In this document: piece by piece, positions 51,038 through 64,000 of the stretch | Position numbering within the stretch: position 1 is the first letter of the stretch | Layout of the letters: each line of letters starts with the position of its first letter | DNA from: Octopus sinensis | Taxonomy: Eukaryota | DNA: 64,000 nucleotides | Direction of reading: 5' to 3' | NCBI RefSeq assembly: GCF_006345805.1 | Contig: NC_043004.1 | Location: 32,922,001 to 32,986,000 of the forward strand | Notes under the pieces: model-generated | What the model saw: the letters and a program-made list of their open reading frames with translations, nothing else | What the model was told of the DNA's origin: nothing | Databases searched by the model: none | Translations under genes and position numbers: made by a program

Positions 51038-53079
51038 AGGCGTACTAATCACCGGGCGGTTGGTGTTCCTCTTCAAGTCAGGGGTTTCTCTATGACGGAG
51101 CTGTGATCCCATTATTCCACATATTTGCAATCTCTAATCTTGGTCATTAGCCTCGTTCAAAAGAGAGGGGAAGGCTCAATGAAACCAACTTACTCATGGT
51201 AATCAGTATAAAGATTTAAAAAAAAAAAAAACCTTCGATTATGAAGACCCGGAGGTTATAAATCCATTGTATCAGCTTTTAAAATCTTCAGTTTTTAAAT
51301 TCTTCAGCGAATTCTTTGAAACCTCAATGTTATGATTTCCAAATAAATATTTCAGCTTTAAATCACAGTACCTAATCATTTAGTACGACATTTTTATTTA
51401 TTAAGCCCGAATTGCGTGTATTTCTCCCACCAAAACGGAACATTTTAGAGAAAGCAAACAAAATGCAAGATATATTCTTGGCTTGTTTAAATAAAATATA
51501 CGAAATGAGATTTTATTCTGATTTCTGATGTGAAAGCATATCGTGAAACTAAGCCATAAATCCAAACACCAAAGTCGTTTCACTCTGGAATCGAGTAAAG
51601 TTTATACAGTTGCAAATAACAACAACATCAACGGTTACAGATATTTTAGAATTAATCATGTTATGTTACAGTTCAATGCAATCGATTCTCGTTGCTTCCA
51701 ACTTGGTAATTGTTCTTTAGAGAGATAACCATAAATCTTCTTCTTGAAAGGAAGACAATTCGAAATTTACAGGACACTAATAAAGAACATTGGAGGCTTT
51801 TGTAGGGATAAGAGAACGTGTATATTTTCTATATTGCTCAATATAAATGGGTTATGCTATGATTTCTGGTATTTCATAGCCTACCAAAATCGTAACTTAT
51901 ATTTCTCGTTAGAAATTAAGAAATAGAACCAATTCACATTATATTTCGCTTGAATAATTTCCTCCTAAAACAATTGAATTAATATCCGGTTTAAGTTCCA
52001 TTTTACCAAAAGTAGATATAGAAATAATGTAAATCTTTTTGGCGCAACACCCACAGAATGAGAACAGGTTCGTTACTCATAAAGAATCCGAGCTTTTATT
52101 TCACTCAACCATTCTTTAAATAATTCTTTAGAGGTGAACATAAATTGAGTGTAAGATATGTAGGAATGTCGAAGTGAATGAGAGTAATCAGAATTCCTTA
52201 CCCAGAATACATTGGTTATTTAGATGACTTCGTCAATTTGGCTGAGGCTGGGATCCTGTTGGCAACGGCGATGAGGATTCACTTGATCCAGTCAATGGAA
52301 CAGCCAGCTTATGAAATTAACGCGCAAGTGGCTGAGTACTTCATAGATACGCATACCCTTAACGTAATTGTTAGTGAAATTCAGCGTGACACAGAATGCG
52401 ACAAGGCTGGCCTCTTTGAAACACGGGTAGAACTCATTTTTGCCAGTTGAAGGGATTGGAGCAACGTGAAATAAAGTGTCTTTGTCGAGGACACAATACG
52501 CCGCCAGGTATCGATCTGATGACCTTAAGATTGAGAGCCGAATAGCTTAACCACCTAGCCACGCGACTTCACCAATCATAACAACTTTAGGTTTACGTAA
52601 ATTCTGCCTGACTAAACCTAGTATTTTATCTTACTCTTTTACTTGTTTCAGTCATTTACTGTGGCCATGCTGGAGCACCGCCTTTAGTCGAGCAAATCGA
52701 CCCCAGGATTTATTCTTGTAAGCCTATTACTTATTCTATCGGTCTCATTTTCTCTCATCTTACCCACAATTTATTAACAGAATATTCTTCTCCTCTTATA
52801 TTAACTCAACAGTGTCATTATCTTCCAAGAAAAGAATCCTAAACATGTGTTCTACTCAATATACTTTTTACAGTAACACTGTTTATTTCCAAACACGTCA
52901 TAAAATAACATATAATTAAAAAAAACATACATACGCTGTGTGATGTAATCAATAATTAATCTCAGTCCCTTTCTGTCAAAGTAACCTCACTTTCTGTGCA
53001 TTACAGAATAGCAATAAGCTATCTACAGATAAATTATCACGGTCACAGTCTCACAGTATTGACCAAACCATCAGATGCT

Positions 53080-53395
53080 GTTATACACCGCTGGTCACAA
53101 TGCGTTTCCGATTCTATCTTGATTGTGCCATTCTTTTCCATCTTGAACCAAATTGCTTCACCAGATCATCTTCTCATCGTCGTGGAGGCCTTCCAAGTGG
53201 CCTCTTCTGATCTCTTGGACACCACTCGGCAGCTGCCTGGGTCCACATATTGCCTGTGAACCTTGAAACATGGCCAGCCCAGTAGAACTTGTGCTTTCTG
53301 GATTCTGCGATCACATTCGTTCACCCCGCTCCATTTTTGAATTGCCTCATTTCCAATATGCTCTCGTAATTATATATATATATAAGTGGAGGTGC
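53080..53395 (-). mobile_element. RTE-clade LINE 3' fragment
   Basis: RKHKFYWAGHVSRF...EWCPRDQKRPLGRPPRR*EDDL; typical WAGHV / RxxGRP motif. Confidence 0.85.
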
Positions 53396-53740
53396 AATGG
53401 CCCAGTGGTTAGGGAAGCGGACTCGCGGTTTCGATTCCCAGACCGGGTATTGTGAGTGTTTTTATTGAGCGAAAACACCTAAAGCTCCACGAGTTTCCGT
53501 TACGTGGTTGTGGTGAACCCTGCTGTATTCTTTCACCACAACTTTCTCTCTTTCTTCCTGTTTCTGTTGTACCTGTGTTTAAAAGGATCAGCCTTGTCAC
53601 GCTGAATCTCCCCGAGAATTACATTAAGGGTACACGTGTCTGTGGAGTGCTCAGCCACTTGCACGTTAATTTCACGAGCAGACTGTTACGTTGTTCGGAT
53701 CAACTGGAACCCTCGTCGTCGCAACCGACGGGATGCCACG
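53383..53740 (+). mobile_element. SINE family C, near full length (tRNA head + Ceph-like domain)
   Basis: GTGGAGGTGCAATGGCCCAGTGGTTAGG head; GTACACGTGTCTGTGGAGTGCTCAGCCACTTGCACGTTAATTTCACGAGCAG body. Confidence 0.85.
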
Positions 53741-53752
53741 ATGATATATATG

Positions 53753-53786
<34 letters not shown>

Positions 53787-53932
53787 TATGTGAAATAGAA
53801 AGAGGAATAATCTTGTAGTAGATTAATCAAAAGTTTAACCGATACCTTAGTAGCAAAAACAGCAGTAAACAGCACGGTTGGAGGTACAACCATCTGGCGT
53901 TGCAACCGTGCGTTGGTGCGGATAATTGAAAT

Positions 53933-54194
<262 letters not shown>

Positions 54195-54875
54195 AAGAAT
54201 GGAAAAAGGTAAATTATACACCACGTAAATCGGGTACCAATTTGAGAAAGAAACACCAAAACTAAAGAGAAAAAAAAAATCTAGCCAATGTTGTTGTCTT
54301 TGTACGCATAGCGTGAGTGTGGAGTCATTAGGACAACTGGGGGTAATTAACATGACTGATGCCGTGATTAGGACATCTGGGGTAATTACCGTATCACATT
54401 TGATTAAGTTTCCAAACCTAATAATTGGAAAAACGGTATTAGTCTTCACTAAGATAACTTAATTCTGATCAACTGAAGTTAGCTCAATCGTCTTTTCCCT
54501 GAAGCATGAATAACTGAACTGGTAGAGCAACGAACAAAATAATTTGTGGTATTTAATTACATCCTTTTGTGCTCAAAATTCAAATCCTTCAAAGTTATTT
54601 TGCTTTCCGTCGTTCCGATATCGATGAAATACATATCGATGAAGTTCTCATCTTGGTTTAAGTGACTACACACTCTCCAAAATATAACTCTTCGGGTTAA
54701 CATTCGTCTATTTCTCGAAAGATTTCTATCATTATAATTGGTAACTAGTCATTATTTTATAGTCCATGTGGCTCCCTTACTCCTTCTCTCTCTCTGTCTC
54801 TCTGTCTCTCTCTGCCTCCCTCTCTGTCTCCCTCTCTGTCTGTCTCTGTCTGTTTCTGTCTGTCTGTCTATCCCT

Positions 54876-54922
<47 letters not shown>

Positions 54923-54925
54923 CAC

Positions 54926-55102
54926 CTGTATCGTTCCTGATCAGTCGCAATGAGTTTTGTCCGATCACACGTATAGGAAAGTTACAGCTAATCAAAGGGT
55001 TAGGAACAACCCAAACCCAGCCCTTTGAAGGCATGATTACATTTCGGTGTACTGTTAGGATTCCAAACGTTACGGGAAGTTCTTTGACTGAAGCATTAAA
55101 TT
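54926..55102 (-). CDS. Weak candidate 177-nt exon (single open frame, ...MPSKGWVWVVPNPLISCNFPIRVIGQNSLRLIRNDT)
   Basis: Acceptor TTGGTTTATTTTGTATAG, donor CAG|GTGGGA; separated from the upstream donor TTG|GTAAGA (55162) by a 60-nt intron. No protein similarity recognised. Confidence 0.25.
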
Positions 55103-55399
55103 CTATACAAAATAAACCAAGTTTCTGGTCAACCATCCATATAACAATATACCTGCTCTTACCAAGAACACGAGTTCCTGGAGTTCTCTAGCTGCCTTTT
55201 GCAATCAAAGATTTGCAAATAGCTGGGTCTGAAATTTGAGTCAAGCGCAAACCTAGAAGCGTCTGTATTGAATCATGGGTCGTACGTTTTGAAGAGAACA
55301 ATCTATAAGTAAATTGAGCGAGAATTTGTGTTGTGTGTTGTTCACGCAATAATACAAGCTGGTATTGATTCTAAGACAGGCACAAACAACAGGTCCACG

Positions 55400-55570
55400 A
55401 ACTCACACACCAATGTGCCAATCGCTCAACACTTTACCAATCACGTACACCTCCCTCCCCCTGTCACTAACACTACCATTCTCTGTTCATAATAATTCTA
55501 ATTACATAAAGCAACCTTCAGCCAAGATGTCAAACATTTACGAATAGTCTAAGAGCGGTCCCAATTTCCG
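55400..55570. promoter_or_regulatory. CCAAT-box cluster, promoter-like
   Basis: CCAAT at 55410, 55418, 55437 and 55561, two in NF-Y-like context (GCCAATCG, ACCAATCA); unique, CpG-containing sequence with a minus-strand donor about 250 nt away. Confidence 0.4.
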
Positions 55571-56271
55571 TTTAATTTTGTTGAATCAAAAATTCATGTG
55601 CCATAATGAAGAAACGAACGGGGAGGGAGAGTGAGAGTGAGGAGGGAGTGTTGACAAAGAAAAGAAGTAAATGGCAGAAGTGGAAGGAGGCAGGAGGAGG
55701 AGGAGGAGGAAAGAAAAGATTGAGTTCTCTTCACAGCTGAACTTAGAATGAATCATGCAAATGAAGGAGATAAAGTTGAAGAGTATTTGATTCTATTCCA
55801 CCATTTCCAAAATAGAAGCGCGCTGTTCATCGTTAATATTTCAAAGTGTTTCTTTGGCTTTAATTTGTCTTCAACTATCTGAGATTGTTGAGACGAAATT
55901 CTAACTTTAGCTTCGTCGAGGCCACACACAAAACACAAGAGGAAAACAACCTCCAGTTCTGTTTCCCTTCATGAATTATAATATTGCAATCTGTGAATTT
56001 ACGCCGAATTCCTCCACAATTCACTCACACCCACACACAATTTATATCCACTTAATCTTTCTTTCTTTCTTTCTTTCTTTCTTTTAAATTCCTCACTCCT
56101 CCCTTCTACCCCTCTCCTCCAATTCTTCTTCTTTACCGTTTCCCTTCCTTCTCTATTTCCACCCTGTTTCTTCCTCCAATTATCACCTGTTTCAGCTCCT
56201 ACACATTCCATTACTACCGCTGCCACTAACTTCCACTACCATCATCCCTACCACCACCACCACCACCGTCC

Positions 56272-56319
<48 letters not shown>

Positions 56320-56339
56320 TTGTTGTTGTTGTTGTTGTT

Positions 56340-56535
56340 AAGCAACAAGACAGGTAAGGGTGATTAGGTGATGGTCTAGGGCTTAGGGGTCGGAGACCTC
56401 AGACCTTGAAAAAAGAAAACTTTGGTCGTCTTGTTGTAGTCGAGGGCTCTTCGTTGACGCCCGACACCACTCGGAGGTGGCCCCCGAAGTCGCTGGAGAT
56501 GGAAATCTCTAGGTCTAAATTCTTGAACGGCTGCT
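56340..56535. mobile_element. Rearranged copy of the 41612-42115 LINE (3' end plus inverted internal segment)
   Basis: CAACAAGACAGGTAAGGGTGATT matches 41618-41640 in the same orientation; 56390-56535 matches the reverse complement of about 41975-42115. Confidence 0.75.
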
Positions 56536-57250
56536 GCTGCTACTATCTGTCTCTATTAATAAATGAACCTTCGACGTGGTTAAATACAAAAGGTGGCTCA
56601 CGAGGCCTCCGTTCGAGTGGTTTTTCTCCCGGTTCACCATCTCACCCTCTCACCCTCATTACGTCAATCCGGCGCAAAGTTATCCATTTACAGTCGAGTG
56701 GACTGGAGCAACTTGAAATGAAGTGTCTTGTTTAAGAACACAACACATGGCCCGGCCTGGGGATCGAAACAGAAACTGAAAGCCTGTCGTATATATATAT
56801 ATATATATATATAACAGGCTTTCAGTTTCTGTTAAAATCTACTCACAAGATTTTGGTCGACCTGAGGCTATAGTAGAAGATACTTGCCCAAGGTGCCATG
56901 CAGTGGGACTGAACCCCAAACCATGTGGTTGGGAAGCAAGCTTCTTACCACACGGCCACGCCTAAATAATGTTTTAATACAATTTCTAATAATATTTGCT
57001 TATGAAAATATGTTTTTTTTTCTTTTTAAACATTGAATGGTTATGCGAGTTCACTTCAATAATATGGGAATCAAAGAGGTCTAGTGATAAAAAATAGTTG
57101 AGAACCATTGGTCGATGGCATTCCATGCTTTTGCAGTTCTTGGATATTTTAGTCAACCATTTTCAGATCTTCAGATTGGTGCCATTCAGAACACAGATAT
57201 TACCTGTTATGCTATAGAACATGTTCACATATGTGTATTTCTTTTTTGTT

Positions 57251-57294
<44 letters not shown>

Positions 57295-58949
57295 TGTGAC
57301 ATTAGAAGGAATGAGAAAGTAGTGGTTGTATCGAGAAAGATGAAAGATGGAGAAAGTAGCATAAAGAGAGGTAGATTTGATAGATGGGAGACTGACTAAA
57401 TGAGGAGGATACTGAGAGGAAAAGAGGAAAATAACCAGCTGTCACAAGTGAGACAGGTAGTCATTCGAGCAGATAGTGAAATATAGAGAGGGCTGGAAAA
57501 AGGATAAGAGACAGAGATATAGCATATGAAAGGCAAGAGGTAGAAATAGAGAAAGGAGGAATCACAGGAACGAAATGAGTGAGAGAATGATAGAGAGTGA
57601 GAAAAGGGGAAAGAGATGCTCGTGCATCTTACAGAGGATGGTGGAAGAAGGCACCAGGAAATTATCCCTTTGAATTTTGAACTGATGGTTCTGGAATTCC
57701 TATTGCTCTGTCGCTGGAACTTGTACGGCCGATTTTATCACTATGGCTGAAATATGAGTGGCAGATTTTCGGGCCCTCACATATTTGTGTGTGTGGTGTG
57801 TGTGTGTTGTGTGTGTATGCGTGCGTGCATGCGTGTGTGCATGTGAATGTTCCTCATTTCTCACTCTCATGCACTCTTGCAACCCTCTCACATCTACAGA
57901 ATCCATATCTTGAAGGTACACCCAGACACCTCATCTCCACTATTCTTATTTTTTTCCACCACCATCCCTACCTCTCCCACCCTCTCTTCTAAAATGCAAG
58001 CAGTCATGTAGCCCCTCTATGACAAGAAACCTGTTCTGTACTGGCCCCTTCTCTTATACTTTAATCCCTCAACTTCCAACATAAAGCCATCTCCCTTGGG
58101 AATTTTAATCTTGAGAGCTGCTCAGTGGTGCTGCAGACATTAAAAAATGCAGCCTGTATGCGTTCGTGTTTGGAATGGCATCCAGCTGTGGAAACAATAA
58201 CAAAGCAGACATTGGAAATTTCCAATTATGTCTTTGGCAAGTTCACCTGGGATTCCATAACGCCAATGTAACCTTCATATAATTAAGGTATCTTTGGCCT
58301 GATGAGTAGCAAGCCGAATACTCCTCATTGAGTAATTATTACACCAGAAGATCCAATTGCTAGGAAACATATGTAGTTTGAATTTTGCCTGCTCCACAAT
58401 TCGAATTTTTATTCGCATTCATAGCAACTCAAGTTGCTAACCGTGAGCTATGAAAAATATTTCAGTTTACTGAACTTCGATATGGGCAAGGCCTACAATC
58501 TTTAACGCCAATAAATAATAATTATTGCAGAACGTTGTTCTTTATACCTACCATGGACAACTTGAAGCTTACAAACTTCCTACACTTAGATCTTATCTTT
58601 GGATCATACAATTACACGTATCTGTGTGTGTATTCTTTTATTCTTTTACATGTTTCAGTCCTAAAGCTGTAGCAATGCTGGGGTGCCGCTAGTGATATAT
58701 ATATATAAATATTGAACAATGAGAATGAGTGCTCAACACCGCATTGGTGGATAAAGATTCTTTCTTTGTGTATTAAAGCTAAGCTACCATTAGTTTCATG
58801 TCAAGGAAATTCTCAACAATTATTCAAGCCAATCAAGTAGAAAAATTGGTGTTTGTATAAAAAAACAATGATCAGGAACAATAATAATTTATGTTGGCCT
58901 TTCCCATTTTGAAGAGTTCAATAAGCTGTTTGTCTCTATTTTGGATCAA

Positions 58950-58982
<33 letters not shown>

Positions 58983-59013
58983 GTTTGTATCTCTCTCTCT
59001 CTCTGTCTCTCTG

Positions 59014-59052
<39 letters not shown>

Positions 59053-59322
59053 CATCAGTAGTTTATCTGTCTGAAAAAGCACACTTTAAAACATAATGGC
59101 AGTAATATATTTTGTGGGGGAGTTGATTGTTAAGGCCAGTCAGAAAGTGACCATTGGTTTCACACCTATAATGTGCTTAGCTGTGTAGGAGACTCATCGG
59201 ACTCAAATGGCCAAAGGCACATAACCCCTCTACCACTGGAGGAAGGAATACATCATCGTCAGCTAGTTTTGTAAGCAAAAATATACATCTGGATTAGCAA
59301 GAAAAATAACAGCAACAACAGG

Positions 59323-59356
<34 letters not shown>

Positions 59357-60523
59357 ACAACAATGGCTCCAATTGTGGCAGCAACAACAACAGCAACAAC
59401 AGCAGCAGTAGTAACAACAACAGCAACAACACAAAAACCAAAGGAGCCACTACGCACTTGACATACAAGAAATAGTAACCAAATCAATTCTAAATCAAGT
59501 ATCACTCGACTATTTTAAACAAGAATGGGCCTATTGAGTATCACTGTACAAGACACTCCTAAAAAGCAGTGATGATCATGGCTAGGATGTGTTTGGTTGT
59601 AGATTTCTTCACTCTTCATTGATCTGGAGCTAAGCAATACCAAAGTCTTTATGTGGTTAGTCACTCTGCTAGAAATAGCTGCCAAATCTCTGTTAAGTCA
59701 CAAGACAAAAAAAAAGAATAGTAGAACTTTGGGAAAAGATGGACTTGTGCACATTCAGTCTTGGAAAACGATGAGATGTTCACGGAAGGATTGTCTTCTC
59801 TGATTTTAGGTCTCCTTGATCAATTCCAATATGGGGTTTGTGTGTGTGTGGGGGGATAAACAACAACATCAATCAAAAACAACAACAACATCAAAATCAT
59901 TACAAAAGAGAAATATAAAAAAACCCAAATACAACCCCAAAGTGTCCAGTTAGCATTTTTGAACACAGACCATTCTTCACTAATTCCTTCTTCAACACTG
60001 ACCAGGTGACCAGAAACCTATGCACAATCGACAATTGTTACTGTTTTGGTGAGCGGGGGGTGGGAGGTGGGGGTGGTAGTGGTAGAAAGCAGATTTAATA
60101 GTCGTTTCTACGCTCTTATTATGAAAGAAACAACATTCCCCTGCGCCAAACTAATGTGTAGGAACCAAGTCTTGGAGAGAAGTCTGAGAAACTGGTAGTG
60201 CTATAAACACATCGATATTGGTTAACAATTCTACTGCTAATCAATATTGAAAATCAATAATAAGATAAATGGCTTGATACTGAAGTAGAGGACAGCTATC
60301 TAAAGATTACATCTCGCTGTGTGTATATATATGTATGTGTAGATTTTAGCTGTATATGTGAGTGTGTGCGTGTGTGTGTGTGAGTGTGTATGTGTGAAAG
60401 TGTTCGCATGCATAATTGTTATGTAAAAACTGTATACATGCTTGTGTGGTTGTGGTCTATTTGGTTATATATACATACATACATATGTATATGTATGTGT
60501 ATATATACATATATATGTATATA

Positions 60524-60570
<47 letters not shown>

Positions 60571-60630
60571 GTAAGTATGTGTGTATGTGCACATATATCT
60601 ATGTGTATATAATATATATAGATATGTATG

Positions 60631-60678
<48 letters not shown>

Positions 60679-61779
60679 ATGTATGTGTGTATGTATTATT
60701 TATACACACCTACTCTGCACAATATATAGATATATGTGTTTTTATACACACACACACATACACTCAGATGTTTTTTCTTTCTTTTCCACTATTTTACATC
60801 CTTTTTTCCTGTTTTTCCTTTTTTTCCTTTTTTTCCATTGGTTATGATTATATATGCATGATTATTTGGGTGTGTAGTTATAGGCTATGTACCTATGTGT
60901 ATATCTATGTGTGTGTACATCTATGTATATATGTTTGTGTGTATGCATACGTATACATATATATGTACACATATTTATATTATATGTATATATGTATGTA
61001 TACTCATGTGTGTGTGTGTGTGTTTGGCGTGTATGTAAGCCTATGTAGTAGACATAGGCTTACATGGCCGATTTTAATGTATTTCTCTGTTGAATAAAAA
61101 AGAAAAGAAATGATGAACAACCTTAATCAATTTTCAAACCTTATTGAGTTCTCATCAGGGCTGTCTACATCACTTGACCAATACCTGACACATACGCATA
61201 CACACACACACACACACACACATACACACACATGTGTACATATATGTTCCACATTCGCATTTAAATATAGCAAGCAAATGAATAGATATGCCAAGGTGTG
61301 ATTTGTTAGCCAAGTAGAATGTGCCATGTTTAGGTGATACAGTATTTTTTACTAAATGGAAGCATCTGAAGACAGAACACATCTGGAGGTAGTCGAGAGA
61401 CCAAGGATGGTAATGTATGTAAGGTATTGAATTCTTGCAACCAGATCCATGATGTTGTTCTTGGAGGGCTGGCACCCAAAGTAGACACCAAAAGTTGACG
61501 GGCACCAAATCAGAACAATTATTAGTGCACTGTAGGTGGAAGCGGATAATATTTTATTTTGGATTTGGCCCACAAATGTGAAATAACAGCTCATGCTGAG
61601 AGCAGAGTTTGGATAATCTTCAACCGATTCTGAGATAGAATTTACACAACATGGTCTGGTGGGGATGGTTACACCGATTCCATTTTTTGGTGTGGTGATT
61701 TAAAGAAAGAAAGAAAGAGGGAGATGGGGAGAGTGAAAGAGAGAGGGAGAGAGAGAGTTAGAAGGTGAGACTGAAAGAT

Positions 61780-62150
61780 TGAATCTTTTATCTTTTACTT
61801 GCTTCAATCATTAGACTGTGACCATGCTGGGGCACACTCTCAAAGAATTTTAGCTGAATGAATCAACACCTGTACCTACTCTATATAAGTCACTTTAGTC
61901 AAACTGTGAATTTATGGTGATGTAAACGCACCAACAGCGGTTGTCAAGTGGTGGGGGGTACCAATGGAGACACACACACACACACACACAAGCACATGCA
62001 CACACTTTCAGTTTCTGTCTACCAAATCCACTCAACAGGCTTTGGTTGACCTAAGGCTACAGTAGAAGACACTTGCCCAAGGTGCTATGCAGTGGGACTG
62101 AACCTGGAAGCATGTTGTTTGGATGCACACTTCTTACCACACAGCCATTC
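61780..62150 (-). mobile_element. SINE family B, CpG-decayed copy
   Basis: Same architecture as other B copies but with most CpG changed to TG/CA. Confidence 0.8.
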
Positions 62151-62584
62151 CTGAAGGTCGATATTTACAAAAAATTCATTAGTAGCACCAATTATTTTGT
62201 CAGTTAGTCTTAGGAAGGCAGATTAAGATGCATGGCCCTTAAGAGATCGCCTGAGACTTGTAGGGAGGTGGGAGGGAGTAAGGTATCCTTAAACCAAAGA
62301 ATTTGTCCAAATATTTGCAGCAGAATGGAATGTGCTAAAGATTTCCAATGACCAGGAGGGGGAGGGGGTGTTAAATCTGACCACAGATTAAGTCATTCAT
62401 CCAAACAGGCCTTACTGGACCCATTAGTGCAAGGTATCTTGTATGATACCCTCACACTTCTGCCAGCCATCTCACAGTACAAGACTGCTACTTTCTTTAT
62501 CAATATCAGGAAGATGAATGATAAAACTGCCCTTGGTATGATCTGAACACAAAAGGGGGAAAAAAAAAAATCAGAATAGGTATT

Positions 62585-62790
62585 CGCATCAAATTCTTGG
62601 CACAAGGCCAGCAATTTCGTGGAGGAGGTGGGGGGGTAGTTGATTACATTGACCCCAGTGTTCAGCTGGTACTTATTTTATTGACCCCAAAAAGATGAAA
62701 AGTAAAGTAGATCTCGATGGCATTTGGACTCAGAGCACAAAAACACATGAAATCCACTAAGCATTTTCTCTGCTGTGCCAACTATTTTAA
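62585..62790 (-). mobile_element. SINE family A variant, CpG-decayed copy
   Basis: ATTGACCCC for ATCGACCCC etc.; alternative GGCCTTGTGCC tail. Confidence 0.75.
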
Positions 62791-63139
62791 GCAGAATAAA
62801 TATTGCAAACCATTTCATCTGATTCTCTAACAATTTTACCAGTTTGTTACTAAGGTTATGGGACAGACAAAGAGGGAGTTTCACTGCAAGAAGTTGGCTG
62901 AGATTCTTTATAGTCTCCATTTGACAACCTATGAAACATGTGTTTTGCATAAAATTATGTCCTGCAGGAATATCATAATAGGCTCAGAAGGTTCCTGACA
63001 CAGAGACAGAGAACTTGTTTGTTCTGCAAGGACCAGTTCTTCTTTTACTTCTCATTTTATTTATTACCATCTCTGACGTTTCACCAAAACATATGTTCCA
63101 AACTTGTTGCTGGTGAACCATGAGGCCTTTTAGTGAAGT

Positions 63140-63345
63140 TCCAATATCAACCTTTGATAAAAAGAAGTCTGTTATCTCTTTCAGACCAGCATGTCCACAC
63201 TGTTGCCAAAGCCTCTCTCTTAATATTCAAATAATTAGATTCCGCACAAGTTAACCTCCTTGATAAATATAGCACTGGGCAGTTATTCTGTGATAAAATT
63301 CCTGATATAGATTGCTCAATAGCATTGGTCGTTGACGTGGCGCCA
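63140..63345 (-). pseudogene. Ty3/Gypsy LTR-retrotransposon RT-RNase H relic
   Basis: TTNAIEQSISGILSQNNCPVLYLSRRLTCAESNYLNIKREALATVW resembles the TDAS...GxVLSQ...SRxL..AE.NYS.IEREALA motif. Confidence 0.8.
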
Positions 63346-64000
63346 TTGTTGTGCCGTGTCATACAGAGTTTAACAAGAATATTAAATATTTAATAATACA
63401 AACACATGAATATGTATTTATCTGCATATGTATGTACAGACACAACGCACATACACACACACACACACACACATACACGCACACAAACTTTTATGAATAT
63501 GTATATGTATATACAAATCAATATACACATATATTATACATGTGCATTGAATATATATATGCATATATAAATCAATATATATATATCTGTATATATATTT
63601 ATTTATATACATACATAGATATACATACACACACACACATACATATATATACATATATACTTATATATATATATATATATATCAGAAACTATGATATATG
63701 TCTGTAAGCAGTTAGACATAGCACTCTATATGTTGTAATACGTGATTGTATGATTAATGTGTGCATATATGTATATTTTTATACTCGTGCATATTTAAGT
63801 ATATTAACCTATATACATTTTTATGTGTATGTATATGTTTTTATGTAGCTCTTGTGGAATGATATATGGAAGACTTGTCTTGTGTGTATGTGTATGTGTG
63901 TATATGTATAGGTATATGTATCTATCATTGGTCTACGGTTCTAGAAGACTAAAAACATGTGTATATACCTGTGTGTATATATCTAAACATTTTATCATGT

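Noticed and set aside
58295-58325. CUGAUGAG...CGAAU motif
   Set aside because: No GAAA and no stem II pairing; a chance match.
59260-59430. (CAG/CAA)n tract as a possible polyglutamine exon
   Set aside because: No flanking splice sites or non-repetitive coding context; consistent with a simple microsatellite.

Overview
AT-rich animal genomic DNA dominated by repeats, most likely from an octopus or other coleoid cephalopod. That assignment rests on tRNA-headed SINE families recalled from memory and the very high microsatellite load, not on a database search. No long intact ORF is present, and almost all of the six-frame ORFs are translations of simple repeats. Mobile DNA includes at least four SINE families (several with 16-21 bp target-site duplications), decayed LINE fragments (RTE, R4/Dong-type with restriction-like endonuclease, I-group-like), Tc1 (DD37E), mariner and hAT transposase relics, two non-autonomous Helitrons, MITEs, a Ty3/Gypsy RNase H relic, an LTR-like unit and Penelope-like fragments carrying hammerhead-ribozyme motifs. 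Between the repeats lies a chain of short, phase-compatible candidate exons on the minus strand (33.3, 30.7 and 28.7 kb; weaker ones at 55.0, 37.2, 23.1 and 17.8 kb) encoding an unrecognised peptide. A CCAAT-rich promoter-like region sits at about 55.4 kb. The most striking structure is a 2.5-kb inverted repeat (about 1-kb arms, 494-bp spacer). Its loop contains one candidate exon, and a minimal hammerhead motif follows about 40 nt past it on the same strand. Sequence beyond about 57 kb is strongly CpG-depleted relative to the rest, suggesting a germline methylation-domain boundary. The gene model and all functional interpretations are hypotheses.
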